A stretch of 64,000 nt of DNA from NCBI GenBank assembly GCA_964585385.1, contig CAZPDP010000011.1, forward strand, positions 1,086-65,085, in the 5' to 3' direction. Each line of letters opens with the position of its first letter. Position 1 is the first letter of the stretch. The position numbers and the translations under genes are program-made. Below are positions 29,183-38,714 of the stretch, piece by piece. The notes under the pieces were generated by a model. The model made no database searches and was not told where the DNA came from. It was given only the letters and a program-made list of their open reading frames with translations. This stretch comes from an uncultured Bacteroidales bacterium. GTDB lineage: Bacteria > Bacteroidota > Bacteroidia > Bacteroidales > UBA12077.

Positions 29183-30580
29183 TCAAGGCTTATACTTTAC
29201 TTTTTCCATTTCGGAAAAGTACTTCCTGGTTTCCTGAACAACGACAGGTCCGAGCAATAACAGAGCAATCAGGTTTGGTATGGTCATAAATGTAATTACC
29301 ATATCAACAAAATGCCAAACAAGGTCAATACCCCATATTGAACCAAAAAATACAAATAAACCAAAGAGATAAAAATAAGGTTTGATGTATTTTTCACCAA
29401 GAAGGTAATTTGCTGCTCGTGAACCATAGTAAGACCAGCTAATCATAGTTGAGAAAGCAAATAAGAGTAGTCCGATAATAACGATATGTCGGCCTGTATG
29501 CTCAATACCCAGTTTTGTCAAACCTTTTGACAGGCCTATAATAGTCATATCAACACCTTTAGCACCAGACTCCCAGGCTCCGGTAACAATAATAAGCAAG
29601 GCTGTGAGTGTACAAATAACAATGGTATCAATAAAAGGACCTACGGAAGCAACGAGCCCTTCGCGAGCAGGATGTTCTGTTTTGGCGGCGGCATGGGCAA
29701 TAGCAGCAGAACCTTGTCCGGCTTCATTCGAGAACAGACCTCTCCGAACCCCCCAGATAAGTGTCATCATAAATGTAGAACCAACAAAACCACCGGCTGC
29801 AGCTGTTCCAGTGAATGCATCATGGAAAATCAAATGAAAAGCCTGGGGTACATCTTCGTAATTAAATATTATCACAGTTAAAGAGCTGATGAAATATAAA
29901 ACGGCCATAAAAGGAACTAATTTTGAAGTAACGCTGGCAATACGTTTGATGCCACCCACGGTTACCAGCAAAACCAAGAAAGTAAGTATAGCTCCTGTAA
30001 GCCACGTAGGAATGCTGTAGTTATTTAAAGCATCTGATATTGAATTGGATTGAGCCATATTACCTGTTCCTAATGAACAAATCACGGTTGCTGCTGCAAA
30101 AATAACGGCCAGTATTTTAGCAAACTTACCCAGTTTATCTTTTAACCCAATCTCCATATAATACATCGGCCCACCGGAAACGGTTCCATCTGAATTAAAT
30201 TTTCTGTACTTATTTGACAGGGTACATTCAACGTATTTTAACATCATTCCTAAAAACCCGGTGATCCACATCCAGAAAACAGCTCCCGGACCACCAAAAT
30301 ATATTGCCAAAGCCACTCCGACAATATTTCCAGTTCCAACTGTTGCTGAAAGAGCAGTAGTCAGTGCCCTGAAGTGATTAATATCCCCTTTATCCTCTTT
30401 TCTGTCATATCTTCCGGCAATAACTTTTAGAGCATGACCAAATTTGGTGATATTTAAAAATTTGAGCTTGAAAGCAAAATACAAACCTGTGGGTATCAAT
30501 AAAATAAGAAGTGCATAGCCACCCACGTAGTCATTGTATGTAACAATCGCTTTGTCAATAGCTTGTAAAATTTCATTCAT
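29183..30580 (-). CDS. Alanine/glycine:cation symporter (AGCS family)
   Basis: 'ATVGTGNIVGVA', 'GGPGAVFWMW', 'GGPMYY', 'RGLFSNEAGQGS'. Start placed at MNEIL (30580); the ORF track extends to 30622. Confidence 0.92.
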   Translation of the reverse strand: MNEILQAIDKAIVTYNDYVGGYALLILLIPTGLYFAFKLKFLNITKFGHALKVIAGRYDRKEDKGDINHFRALTTALSATVGTGNIVGVALAIYFGGPGAVFWMWITGFLGMMLKYVECTLSNKYRKFNSDGTVSGGPMYYMEIGLKDKLGKFAKILAVIFAAATVICSLGTGNMAQSNSISDALNNYSIPTWLTGAILTFLVLLVTVGGIKRIASVTSKLVPFMAVLYFISSLTVIIFNYEDVPQAFHLIFHDAFTGTAAAGGFVGSTFMMTLIWGVRRGLFSNEAGQGSAAIAHAAAKTEHPAREGLVASVGPFIDTIVICTLTALLIIVTGAWESGAKGVDMTIIGLSKGLTKLGIEHTGRHIVIIGLLLFAFSTMISWSYYGSRAANYLLGEKYIKPYFYLFGLFVFFGSIWGIDLVWHFVDMVITFMTIPNLIALLLLGPVVVQETRKYFSEMEKVKYKP

Positions 30581-30845
30581 AGCAAATTTATTTTGGTTAG
30601 ACAGGTAAAAAACGTGGTTCAATATAGTATTTTTTGTCAGAATAAAAAAAACCGTTATGTAAAACCATCATGATTAATTATCAACATATACAAGCGTTAC
30701 ACGACATAATAGGCGATCTGTAAAGAACTTATAAATTTAAATTATAATAAAAACCTCTTAACTAAAAAGTTGAATTCTTATATATAAAAGAGAGTTAGAA
30801 ATAGCATGCATGAAGAAAACTTTCTTTATTATGTGCAACAAATAT

Positions 30846-32549
30846 TTAATGCATTCTGTTTATAATCTCATTACGGGAAATCTGCCCGAGTACTTTTGAA
30901 TTGTTGGAGCTGTGAATTACAGGAAGTCTCTCAAGATTATTTTTTGCCATCTTGTACAAGGCATTGCTTAACGTTTCATCAGGATAAGCAACTTCAATAG
31001 GTTTGCTCATAAAATCTTTGACTTTGGCATCTCGTTCGGCAATAGGTATTTTATTTATATCTTTCAGAGATATAATTCCCAGCAGTTTTCTTTGATTATC
31101 AATAATACATGTTGTATTGTAATTTCCTTCAATCAGTTTGGAGTGTACCTCAATGATATTCTGGTCTTCAGGGATCCCATAGGTTAATGTCATAGCCTCT
31201 CCTACCTTCAATGTATCCAGGAGATTGGCCTCCATATCCTGAGATATCCTTAAACCTCTGATGCTTAACTTTTTTGTATATATCGTGTCTTTGCTATACA
31301 TCCAGGCTACCAAATCAGCAATTACACAGGAAAACATAAGGGGTAATATAATGTTATAATCAAGAGTAAGCTCAAATATTATGATAATTGCAGTAAAAGT
31401 AGCCCTTGAGGTAGCAGCGAAAACAGCAGCCATACCCACGAGTGCATAGGCTCCAAATGGAGCTGTGATATCAGGGTAAGGGGTATTAAGCATCCAGCCG
31501 TAAGCCGCTCCCAGGGCAGCCCCGATAAATAACGAAGGCGAAAATATGCCTCCGGAAGCGCCAGAACCTATTGTAACTACAAATGCCAGAATTTTAAATA
31601 TAAAAAGTAAAAGGATAGTGGTTAAAATAAGCTCCTGGTTCAACAGCGCACTTATCGTATCATAACCATATCCAAATATTTGTGGAAGGAAAAAACCGAT
31701 AATTCCAACGATTAATCCTCCCAATGCAGGTTTAAGAAATTCCGGTATATTTATCTTATGTTCAAACAAGTGTTCGGTCCCATAGACAAGCTTTATAAGT
31801 ATGATCGCGGTAATACCTGCTAAAATGCCCAGTCCGAGATAAAATACGATTTCATACAAACTCACAAAAGAATAAGCCGGTACTTCAAAAGCCGGATGAG
31901 AACCAAGGATCACCCTGGATACAGTTGTGGCAAAAAAAGCAGAGATTACAAGAGAAATAAAAGAACGGGATTTAAGTTCAAGCAAAATAATCTCGAGAGC
32001 GAATATAATTCCAGCAACAGGAGTGTTGAAAGTTGCGGCAATACCTCCTGCAGCTCCACACCCTACAAGTATCTTTACCTGATCACTATCAAGTTTAAGC
32101 AATTGTCCAATTGTTGATCCTGCTCCAGCGCCAACCTGAATTATAGGACCTTCCCTCCCTACTGCACCACCTGAGCCGATTGAAAAAGCAGATGCAAGGG
32201 CTTTGAACAACACAATTCTTGGCCTCATCCTGCCGCCATGCAAGGCAATTGATTCCATAACTTCAGGTACACCATGGCCCTTAGCTTCTCCTGCAATATA
32301 TTTTGTAATAAGACCAACAAGCACTCCACCTATAACTGGTACAATTATTACCCAATACCCCAGCTCATGATTCACAGGACTGATCTCCCGACCTGAAAGG
32401 TTTTGATAGAAAAATAAATTTTGAATAGAAAACAATAAATACCGGAATCCAATAGCAATAAATGCGGAGATAACACCTACAAGAGCAGCTAAGAACACCA
32501 GCTTTATAGTATCTCTATGCTGAAGGTTGGTTCTTATCTTTTCTATCAT
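30846..32549 (-). CDS. ClC chloride channel / Cl-/H+ antiporter with CBS domains
   Basis: GHGVPE, GREGP (gating Glu present), GGIFSP, C-terminal CBS pair. Confidence 0.9.
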   Translation of the reverse strand: MIEKIRTNLQHRDTIKLVFLAALVGVISAFIAIGFRYLLFSIQNLFFYQNLSGREISPVNHELGYWVIIVPVIGGVLVGLITKYIAGEAKGHGVPEVMESIALHGGRMRPRIVLFKALASAFSIGSGGAVGREGPIIQVGAGAGSTIGQLLKLDSDQVKILVGCGAAGGIAATFNTPVAGIIFALEIILLELKSRSFISLVISAFFATTVSRVILGSHPAFEVPAYSFVSLYEIVFYLGLGILAGITAIILIKLVYGTEHLFEHKINIPEFLKPALGGLIVGIIGFFLPQIFGYGYDTISALLNQELILTTILLLFIFKILAFVVTIGSGASGGIFSPSLFIGAALGAAYGWMLNTPYPDITAPFGAYALVGMAAVFAATSRATFTAIIIIFELTLDYNIILPLMFSCVIADLVAWMYSKDTIYTKKLSIRGLRISQDMEANLLDTLKVGEAMTLTYGIPEDQNIIEVHSKLIEGNYNTTCIIDNQRKLLGIISLKDINKIPIAERDAKVKDFMSKPIEVAYPDETLSNALYKMAKNNLERLPVIHSSNNSKVLGQISRNEIINRMH

Positions 32550-32781
32550 TTAAATCCAGTTATTATCTAACACATCGTTTCGAATCATTAAAAATATAAG
32601 TATTGTAAAAGAAAAGCAAAAATATAGGGGGTTTTATGGCAAGTCTAACTGATTTTAGAATAATAAAATATTGCAAATCTTTTCTAAATAAATACAACTT
32701 ATTTATACCGAAAAAGGTAAACAATGATGCATTTGATTTCGTTATTAAACTAGAATTTAACTATTAAAAGGAGGATAAACG

Positions 32782-32997
32782 ATGTCTGCTTTACATATAA
32801 TACTGATTTCAACTATTCTTGTAATTTTTGCAATGTTAGCCCTTTCAATAAGACTGCTTGTTTCCAAAAAGGGTGAATTCAGAGGGGGTTCATGCACAAA
32901 TATTACTCCCGAACTCAAGGAAAAAGGTATAAGTTGTGCATGCGGTAATGAGGAAAGTTGTGATTATGAGAGTGAACCGAGAAAAGCCAATTCGTAA
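32782..32997 (+). CDS. Small single-pass membrane protein with four Cys, NqrM-like candidate
   Basis: 71 aa. N-terminal TM helix, then GGSC...SCAC...SC. Convergent with apbE beside the nqr operon. AGGAGG upstream. Confidence 0.6.
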   Translation: MSALHIILISTILVIFAMLALSIRLLVSKKGEFRGGSCTNITPELKEKGISCACGNEESCDYESEPRKANS

Positions 32998-33012
32998 TTA
33001 ACCTAATTATTC

Positions 33013-33052
33013 AAAAAAACCTGATCATTCCACAAGGGTGATCAGGTTTTTT
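33013..33052. terminator. Bidirectional terminator overlapping the apbE stop codon
   Basis: AAAAAAACCTGATCA...TGATCAGGTTTTTT. Confidence 0.7.
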
Positions 33053-34047
33053 ATATTATCTGAATATTCAAGGGCATAATCTCCATTTTTACCGGAATAG
33101 ATAAAATAAGCTTCAAGATTTTCCAATCTGTTGACCATTCTCAGACTTTTCTCCAGTCCCATCACCATAAATGCAGTAGCATAAGCATCTGCTTTAATGC
33201 ATTCATCAGAAACAACAGTAACACTTAATAAGTTATGTCTTACCGGATACCCTGTGGCTGGATTAATTGTATGAGAATATTTGACTCCGTCCTTCACATA
33301 ATACTTTCTGTAATTCCCTGAGGTTGCCAGTGTTTTATTATGAAGCTCGATAATTGCCTGCAGATTTCTTCCGGGGACATCATTGCTGTCAACTGGTTTA
33401 TCAATACCAATGCGCCAGGTTTTATTATTGGGATTTTTTCCCTTAGTAGATACCTCTCCGCCTACTTCAACCAGATAGTCTTCTATATCTTTGTTTTCAA
33501 GAAAACGGGACAGCACGTCAACTGTATAACCTTGAGCTATTGCATTCATATCCAGCATAATTCTTTTATCATCCTTATAAATTCTTCCTTCCTTTAGTTT
33601 CACTTTTTGATAACCAACAAATTCAAGGATGCTATCTATTTTTGCACTATCCACATCCGGTATTTTTTCAAAACCAAAACCCCAGGCATTAACCAATGGA
33701 GCCACAGTAATATCAAAGGCCCCGCCGGTTTCTTCAGAAATCTCCATAGCATCTCTGTAAACCTCTTTAAAATATTTATCAGGATTTACTTCCGGCTCAT
33801 TTCTATTGATTCTGGAAATTACGGATTCATCATTATACGTTGAAAGAGAAGAATCAATATCAGCAAGAATGTTTTCGAATTGAGGTCTTAGATTAACCGT
33901 ATCTTTTGTACTGTATTTGATCATATAAGTTGTACCCTGCGTAAAACCGTTAATCTCCATATAGGCTTTTGAATCTCTTTTATCCAGAGGGGTACATGCT
34001 GCAAAAAAAATCGTAAAAATGAATGAGAGTATTATTGGGGCTTTCAT
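33025..34047 (-). CDS. apbE: FAD:protein FMN transferase (flavinylates NqrB/NqrC)
   Basis: Lipobox FAAC, 'GAFDITVAPLVNAWGFG', 'LDMNAIAQGY', 'ATSGNYR', 'ADAYATA'. Confidence 0.93.
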   Translation of the reverse strand: MKAPIILSFIFTIFFAACTPLDKRDSKAYMEINGFTQGTTYMIKYSTKDTVNLRPQFENILADIDSSLSTYNDESVISRINRNEPEVNPDKYFKEVYRDAMEISEETGGAFDITVAPLVNAWGFGFEKIPDVDSAKIDSILEFVGYQKVKLKEGRIYKDDKRIMLDMNAIAQGYTVDVLSRFLENKDIEDYLVEVGGEVSTKGKNPNNKTWRIGIDKPVDSNDVPGRNLQAIIELHNKTLATSGNYRKYYVKDGVKYSHTINPATGYPVRHNLLSVTVVSDECIKADAYATAFMVMGLEKSLRMVNRLENLEAYFIYSGKNGDYALEYSDNIKNLITLVE

Positions 34048-34095
34048 TGTTGGTTCGATTTAATTAGTAGTAAAAGATCTTTTTGTGTAAAAATA

Positions 34096-34226
34096 ATAAG
34101 AGGTTGTCTCGAAAGATGCTTTAATGTATTCCACGCAAAGTTTAATTTGACGAACCATAATACCTTAGTGTTTCGTCAGCATTCTTTGCGTGAACACATT
34201 TTTCTACTTTTGAGACAGTCTCTTAT
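34096..34226. repeat. 131-bp nested inverted-repeat element (MITE/REP-like)
   Basis: Arms ATAAGAGGTTGTCTCGAAAG and CTTTTGAGACAGTCTCTTAT; inner stems CACGCAAAG/CTTTGCGTG and TGACGAA/TTCGTCA. Confidence 0.7.
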
Positions 34227-34244
34227 AGACCTTGTTGCTATTGT

Positions 34245-35501
34245 TTATCCTCCGAAGTCATCGAAGGCAATCATCTCCTGAGGCACCCCAAGATTATAGA
34301 GCATATCCTGCACAGCATCGTTCATAACAGGAGGACCGCAGAGATAGTATTCAATCTCTTCTGGTTCTTCCATTTTACTAAGGAATTCATCATAAGCGAC
34401 CTGGTGGATGAAACCAACCGGGCCGTCCCATTTGTCTTCTTCTTTTGGTTCGGAAAGTGCTATATGGAATGAAAAATTTGGGAATTGTCTCTCTATCTCT
34501 CTGAAATCTTCCTCATAGAATATTTCCTGCATTGACCTGGCTCCATACCAGTAGGAAACTTTTCTGTCTGTTTTCAGGGTATGGAAAAGATGGAAAATGT
34601 GTGAACGAAGGGGTGCCATTCCAGCACCACCACCAATATAAACCATTTCCCTGTCCGAATCTTTTATAAAGAAGTCGCCGTAAGGACCGGATATCGACAC
34701 CTTGTCTCCTGGTTTTCGGGAGAATACATAAGAAGAACATAATCCGGGATTTACATTTTTAAATCGTCCTTTTGCTCTATCCCACGGAGGGGTTGCAATA
34801 CGTATATTTAACTTAATAATATTACCTTCGGCAGGATGGTTGGCCATTGAATAAGCACGGAAAGTTTCTTCTGAATTTTTCATTTTCAAATCCCAGAGAC
34901 CGAATTTGTCCCATTCGGGTTTAAACTCATCTTCAACTTCAATATCTTTAGAAAAATCCACTTCAATTTTTGGAACATCCAACTGAATATAACCTCCTGG
35001 TTTAAAATCAAGAGTCTCCCCTTCAGGTAATTTCACCACAAATTCTTTAATAAAAGTTGCCACATTCTTATTTGAGATAACTTCACATTCCCATTTTTTA
35101 ATATCCATTACCTCCGGTGGTACCTTAATGGTCATTTCATCACGGATTTTCACCTGGCAGCCCAATCTCCAATTCTCCATCTCTTCTTTTCTTGTAAAGA
35201 ATCCTTTCTCAGTTGGGAGCATATCTCCGCCGCCTTCGATAATCTGACAGGTACACAACCCACATGTACCCTGCCCTCCACATGCTGACGGAAGGTATAT
35301 ACTTTGATTGGAAAGAGCAGATAGAATAGTTTGCCCGGGTTCTACCTCATAATCTTTGTCATTAACTTTTAGCTTTACTTTTCCCTGTGGGATAAGTTTT
35401 TTCCTTGCATAAAGCAATATAACAACAAGCGTAAGGATGATAAATAAAAATACAGCAATGCTGAGTAATATTACAGTTGTGTTCGATGATAAAATTATCA
35501 T
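34245..35501 (-). CDS. nqrF: Na+-translocating NADH:quinone reductase subunit F
   Basis: [2Fe-2S] motif 'SACGGQGTCGLC', 'RLGCQ', FAD motif 'RAYSMAN', 'GGGAGMAP', 'YLCGPP'. Confidence 0.97.
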   Translation of the reverse strand: MIILSSNTTVILLSIAVFLFIILTLVVILLYARKKLIPQGKVKLKVNDKDYEVEPGQTILSALSNQSIYLPSACGGQGTCGLCTCQIIEGGGDMLPTEKGFFTRKEEMENWRLGCQVKIRDEMTIKVPPEVMDIKKWECEVISNKNVATFIKEFVVKLPEGETLDFKPGGYIQLDVPKIEVDFSKDIEVEDEFKPEWDKFGLWDLKMKNSEETFRAYSMANHPAEGNIIKLNIRIATPPWDRAKGRFKNVNPGLCSSYVFSRKPGDKVSISGPYGDFFIKDSDREMVYIGGGAGMAPLRSHIFHLFHTLKTDRKVSYWYGARSMQEIFYEEDFREIERQFPNFSFHIALSEPKEEDKWDGPVGFIHQVAYDEFLSKMEEPEEIEYYLCGPPVMNDAVQDMLYNLGVPQEMIAFDDFGG

Positions 35502-35521
35502 TTCTTCAATATTTTAACAAT

Positions 35522-36139
35522 TTATAGTTTTATTCCCATAAAGCCCATGAAGGCGATTCCCATAAGACCTGTGATAATAAAAGTTATCCCAAGACCACGC
35601 AATGGTGCAGGAACATTTGAATAACGTATTTTCTCACGTATTGCAGCTATACCGACAATTGCCAGAAACCATCCTACTCCTGAGCCAAGACCGAAGGAAG
35701 TAGCTTCTGCAAGACTGGCATAATCACGTTCCTGCATAAACAGTGAACCACCTAAAATTGAACAGTTCACAGCTATCAGGGGAAGGAAAATACCCAGATT
35801 ACTGTACAACGTAGGTGAAAATTTTTCAATGATCATTTCCACAAGCTGAACCATAGAAGCAATAACAGCTATAAAGAGTATAAAACTCAGAAAGCTTAAA
35901 TCTACATCGGCAAATTGAGGGCTAATCCAGGTAAGTGCACCTTCTTTTAGCACATAATTATGTATCAGATAATCAATTGGAACTGTAATACCGAGAACAA
36001 AGATAACAGCCATTCCCAACCCGGTAGATGTTTTCACTGTTTTAGAGACAGCAAGATAAGAACACATGCCAAGGAAATAGGCAAATATCATGTTATCAAT
36101 AAAAATAGACTTGACGAATATATTGATTAAATTTTCCAT
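35522..36139 (-). CDS. nqrE: Na+-NQR subunit E
   Basis: '[12 protein letters not shown]', '[12 protein letters not shown]'. Confidence 0.96.
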   Translation of the reverse strand: MENLINIFVKSIFIDNMIFAYFLGMCSYLAVSKTVKTSTGLGMAVIFVLGITVPIDYLIHNYVLKEGALTWISPQFADVDLSFLSFILFIAVIASMVQLVEMIIEKFSPTLYSNLGIFLPLIAVNCSILGGSLFMQERDYASLAEATSFGLGSGVGWFLAIVGIAAIREKIRYSNVPAPLRGLGITFIITGLMGIAFMGFMGIKL

Positions 36140-36158
36140 ACAGCAAAATTATTTTGTA

Positions 36159-36806
36159 CTAGTTTTCTTCAATTAATTTTCTGTTTCTGTATCGCTGAAC
36201 CCAAATAATGATTCCAACTGTAATCAGGGCCATTGGTGGAAGGATGAACAATCCGTTATTCTCATACCCAACAGTATAGGCACCTTCGGGTATTACCTGT
36301 TTTCCCCAGATAGTACCTGAACCAAAAAGTTCTCTTACAAATCCTACTATTACCAGGATCACACCATAACCTGCTGCGTTTCCAATACCATCCAGGAAAG
36401 CTGGCCATGGCTTGTTACCCAGAGCGAAGGCTTCCAGTCTACCCATGATGATACAATTTGTAATAATCAAACCCACAAATACCGATAACTGCTTGCTAAC
36501 GTCGTAAGCAAAAGCAGCCAGAAACTCATCCACAAGAATCACCAATGATGCAATAACTGTCAACTGCACGATAATCCTGATTCGTGGAGGGATCATATTT
36601 CGCAGTACCGAAATGACCACATTCGAAACAGCCATTACAAATACAACTGAAAGAGCCATAACTACGGAAGGTTCCAACTTGACCGTAATCGCGAGGGCTG
36701 AACAAATACCCAGGACCTGCACTGTGATAGGATTGGAATCATCCAGTGGCTCTTTTAATAATTTCATATTTTTAGCCGACAATAAAGGCTCTCTATCTTG
36801 ACTCAT
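36159..36806 (-). CDS. nqrD: Na+-NQR subunit D
   Basis: 'QVLGICSALA', 'GLIITNCIIMGR'. Confidence 0.96.
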   Translation of the reverse strand: MSQDREPLLSAKNMKLLKEPLDDSNPITVQVLGICSALAITVKLEPSVVMALSVVFVMAVSNVVISVLRNMIPPRIRIIVQLTVIASLVILVDEFLAAFAYDVSKQLSVFVGLIITNCIIMGRLEAFALGNKPWPAFLDGIGNAAGYGVILVIVGFVRELFGSGTIWGKQVIPEGAYTVGYENNGLFILPPMALITVGIIIWVQRYRNRKLIEEN

Positions 36807-36811
36807 AATAA

Positions 36812-37516
36812 TTAATTTTTTCGCATTTTCTTAATATAAGGCAAATAATCGCCTATAACACCTCTAAGCATTTTATCCACCCCATTGCTGGTGATTGTAC
36901 CACCGGAAATACCATCCACCTGGTGTTTGGCATCGGGTGGAATATCTTTTTTTACAACACTTACTGAAACAAAATTCCCGGATTCATCAAATATTTTTTT
37001 GCCAATGAATTGTTTCTGGAAAGGTCTGTTGGCAATTTCTGCTCCCAATCCGGGTGTTTCACTTTGATGACTGAAATTTGTTCCATATATTGTGTTAAAA
37101 TCGTCTTCAATTGCTACATAGCCCCAAATAGGCCCCCAAAGACCTTTTCCTCTTACAGGGAGCACATAAATTTTTTGTCCTTCTTTGGTTCCTATAAACA
37201 CCGGTAAATTCCTTTCTTCCAGTGATTTTTCCAATTCTTTCTCAAGCTCCACAGGAAAGGCCTCTACATCTTCTTTTACCTCTCCTTCATGATCTACCAC
37301 ATAGCTATCGGTTATATACTCATCATATTTTTCAATGGCATTATCCTTTGTACTTTCAATATTGAGCGAAAGCAGGATATTTTGCTTTTTATTCCTTTCA
37401 ATGTTCTTTTTCTGCATGGGCTGTAACTGCATAGCCACGATTGAAAGAATGGCAGCAACAGAAATAACCATTATGAACGAGAATGTAAATATGTATGTAT
37501 TGCTATAATGCTTCAT
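36812..37516 (-). CDS. nqrC: Na+-NQR subunit C
   Basis: 'GKGLWGPIWG', 'ETPGLGAEI', FMN attachment site 'VDGISGGTITS'. Confidence 0.96.
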   Translation of the reverse strand: MKHYSNTYIFTFSFIMVISVAAILSIVAMQLQPMQKKNIERNKKQNILLSLNIESTKDNAIEKYDEYITDSYVVDHEGEVKEDVEAFPVELEKELEKSLEERNLPVFIGTKEGQKIYVLPVRGKGLWGPIWGYVAIEDDFNTIYGTNFSHQSETPGLGAEIANRPFQKQFIGKKIFDESGNFVSVSVVKKDIPPDAKHQVDGISGGTITSNGVDKMLRGVIGDYLPYIKKMRKN

Positions 37517-37530
37517 ATCTGTATATTTTA

Positions 37531-38694
37531 TTAACTTGCTTTTACTTTAGCTCTTTTCAGGCGTTTCTTAATATTACTTTCCACCACATAGTGATCGATA
37601 AGTGGAGCAAACACGTTCATCAGAAGAATAGCCAGCATAACTCCCTCGGGATAGGCAGGATTTACAACACGGATAAGAATAGCAAGGAAGCCGATTAGAA
37701 ATCCGTAAATGTATTTCCCTCTTCTTGTTTGAGCTGCAGATACAGGGTCTGTAGCCATAAATACTGCCCCAAATGCAAATCCACCCATTATAAGATGCTC
37801 CCATGCAGGAATTTCCATAAAGGGATTAACAGCAAATGCATTTAAAATCAACCCCATAACTAGTCCCCCGATAAAAGTAGAAAGCATAATTCTCCAGCTA
37901 CCCACGCCGGTCAGGAGTAATATTACTGCACCTATCAGAACTGCCAGAGCAGATGTCTCACCAATGGACCCCGGTATAAATCCGAAAAACATATCCGAAG
38001 CAGAGGGGATACTCTCAACACTTCCTTCTGCTGCCAGACCTAGTGGTGTTGCCCCTGAAAAACCATCAACAATTCCTTCTCCATTCATTAATCCGTGGGT
38101 CCAGACCTGGTTCCCTGACATATAAGCCGGGTAAGCAAAAAACAGGAATGCCCTTGCTGTAAGTGCGGGATTCAAAATGTTCATCCCTGTTCCACCAAAT
38201 ACCTCTTTACCAAAAATCACAGCAAAAGCAGTAGCTGTAGCCACCATCCAAAGGGGCACATCTACGGGAAGAACCAGGGGAATTAACATGCCGGACACAA
38301 GAAATCCTTCATTTACCTCATGTCCTCTTATTTCTGCAAATAGAAACTCGATGGCCAGACCTGTAACATAAGAAACTATTATTATCGGCAGTACAAGTTT
38401 AAACCCTTCCCAGAAAGTCTGCAACAACGCCCCTTCCTGCCCGGTAGCCAGAAAATGCTGATGTCCTGTATTCCACATTCCAAAAAGAAGGGCAGGAATC
38501 AAAGAAATGACTACCAGACTCATAGTCCTTTTCATATCAATGGCATCTCTTATGTGAGCCCCTTGTGTTGTGGTCTTATTGGGTACAAAAAGAAAGGTTT
38601 CAAATGCCTCAAAAGATCTTGAGAACTTCTCGTACTTTCCCCCTTTCTCAAAATGGGGCTTAATATTATCGACTATTTTACGTAAAGACTTCAT
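37531..38694 (-). CDS. nqrB: Na+-NQR subunit B
   Basis: 'KEVFGGTG', FMN site 'SGATPL', 'GSIGETS', 'FMATDPVS'. Confidence 0.96.
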   Translation of the reverse strand: MKSLRKIVDNIKPHFEKGGKYEKFSRSFEAFETFLFVPNKTTTQGAHIRDAIDMKRTMSLVVISLIPALLFGMWNTGHQHFLATGQEGALLQTFWEGFKLVLPIIIVSYVTGLAIEFLFAEIRGHEVNEGFLVSGMLIPLVLPVDVPLWMVATATAFAVIFGKEVFGGTGMNILNPALTARAFLFFAYPAYMSGNQVWTHGLMNGEGIVDGFSGATPLGLAAEGSVESIPSASDMFFGFIPGSIGETSALAVLIGAVILLLTGVGSWRIMLSTFIGGLVMGLILNAFAVNPFMEIPAWEHLIMGGFAFGAVFMATDPVSAAQTRRGKYIYGFLIGFLAILIRVVNPAYPEGVMLAILLMNVFAPLIDHYVVESNIKKRLKRAKVKAS

Positions 38695-38714
38695 TCGTAA
38701 TATTTTTTATTTGA

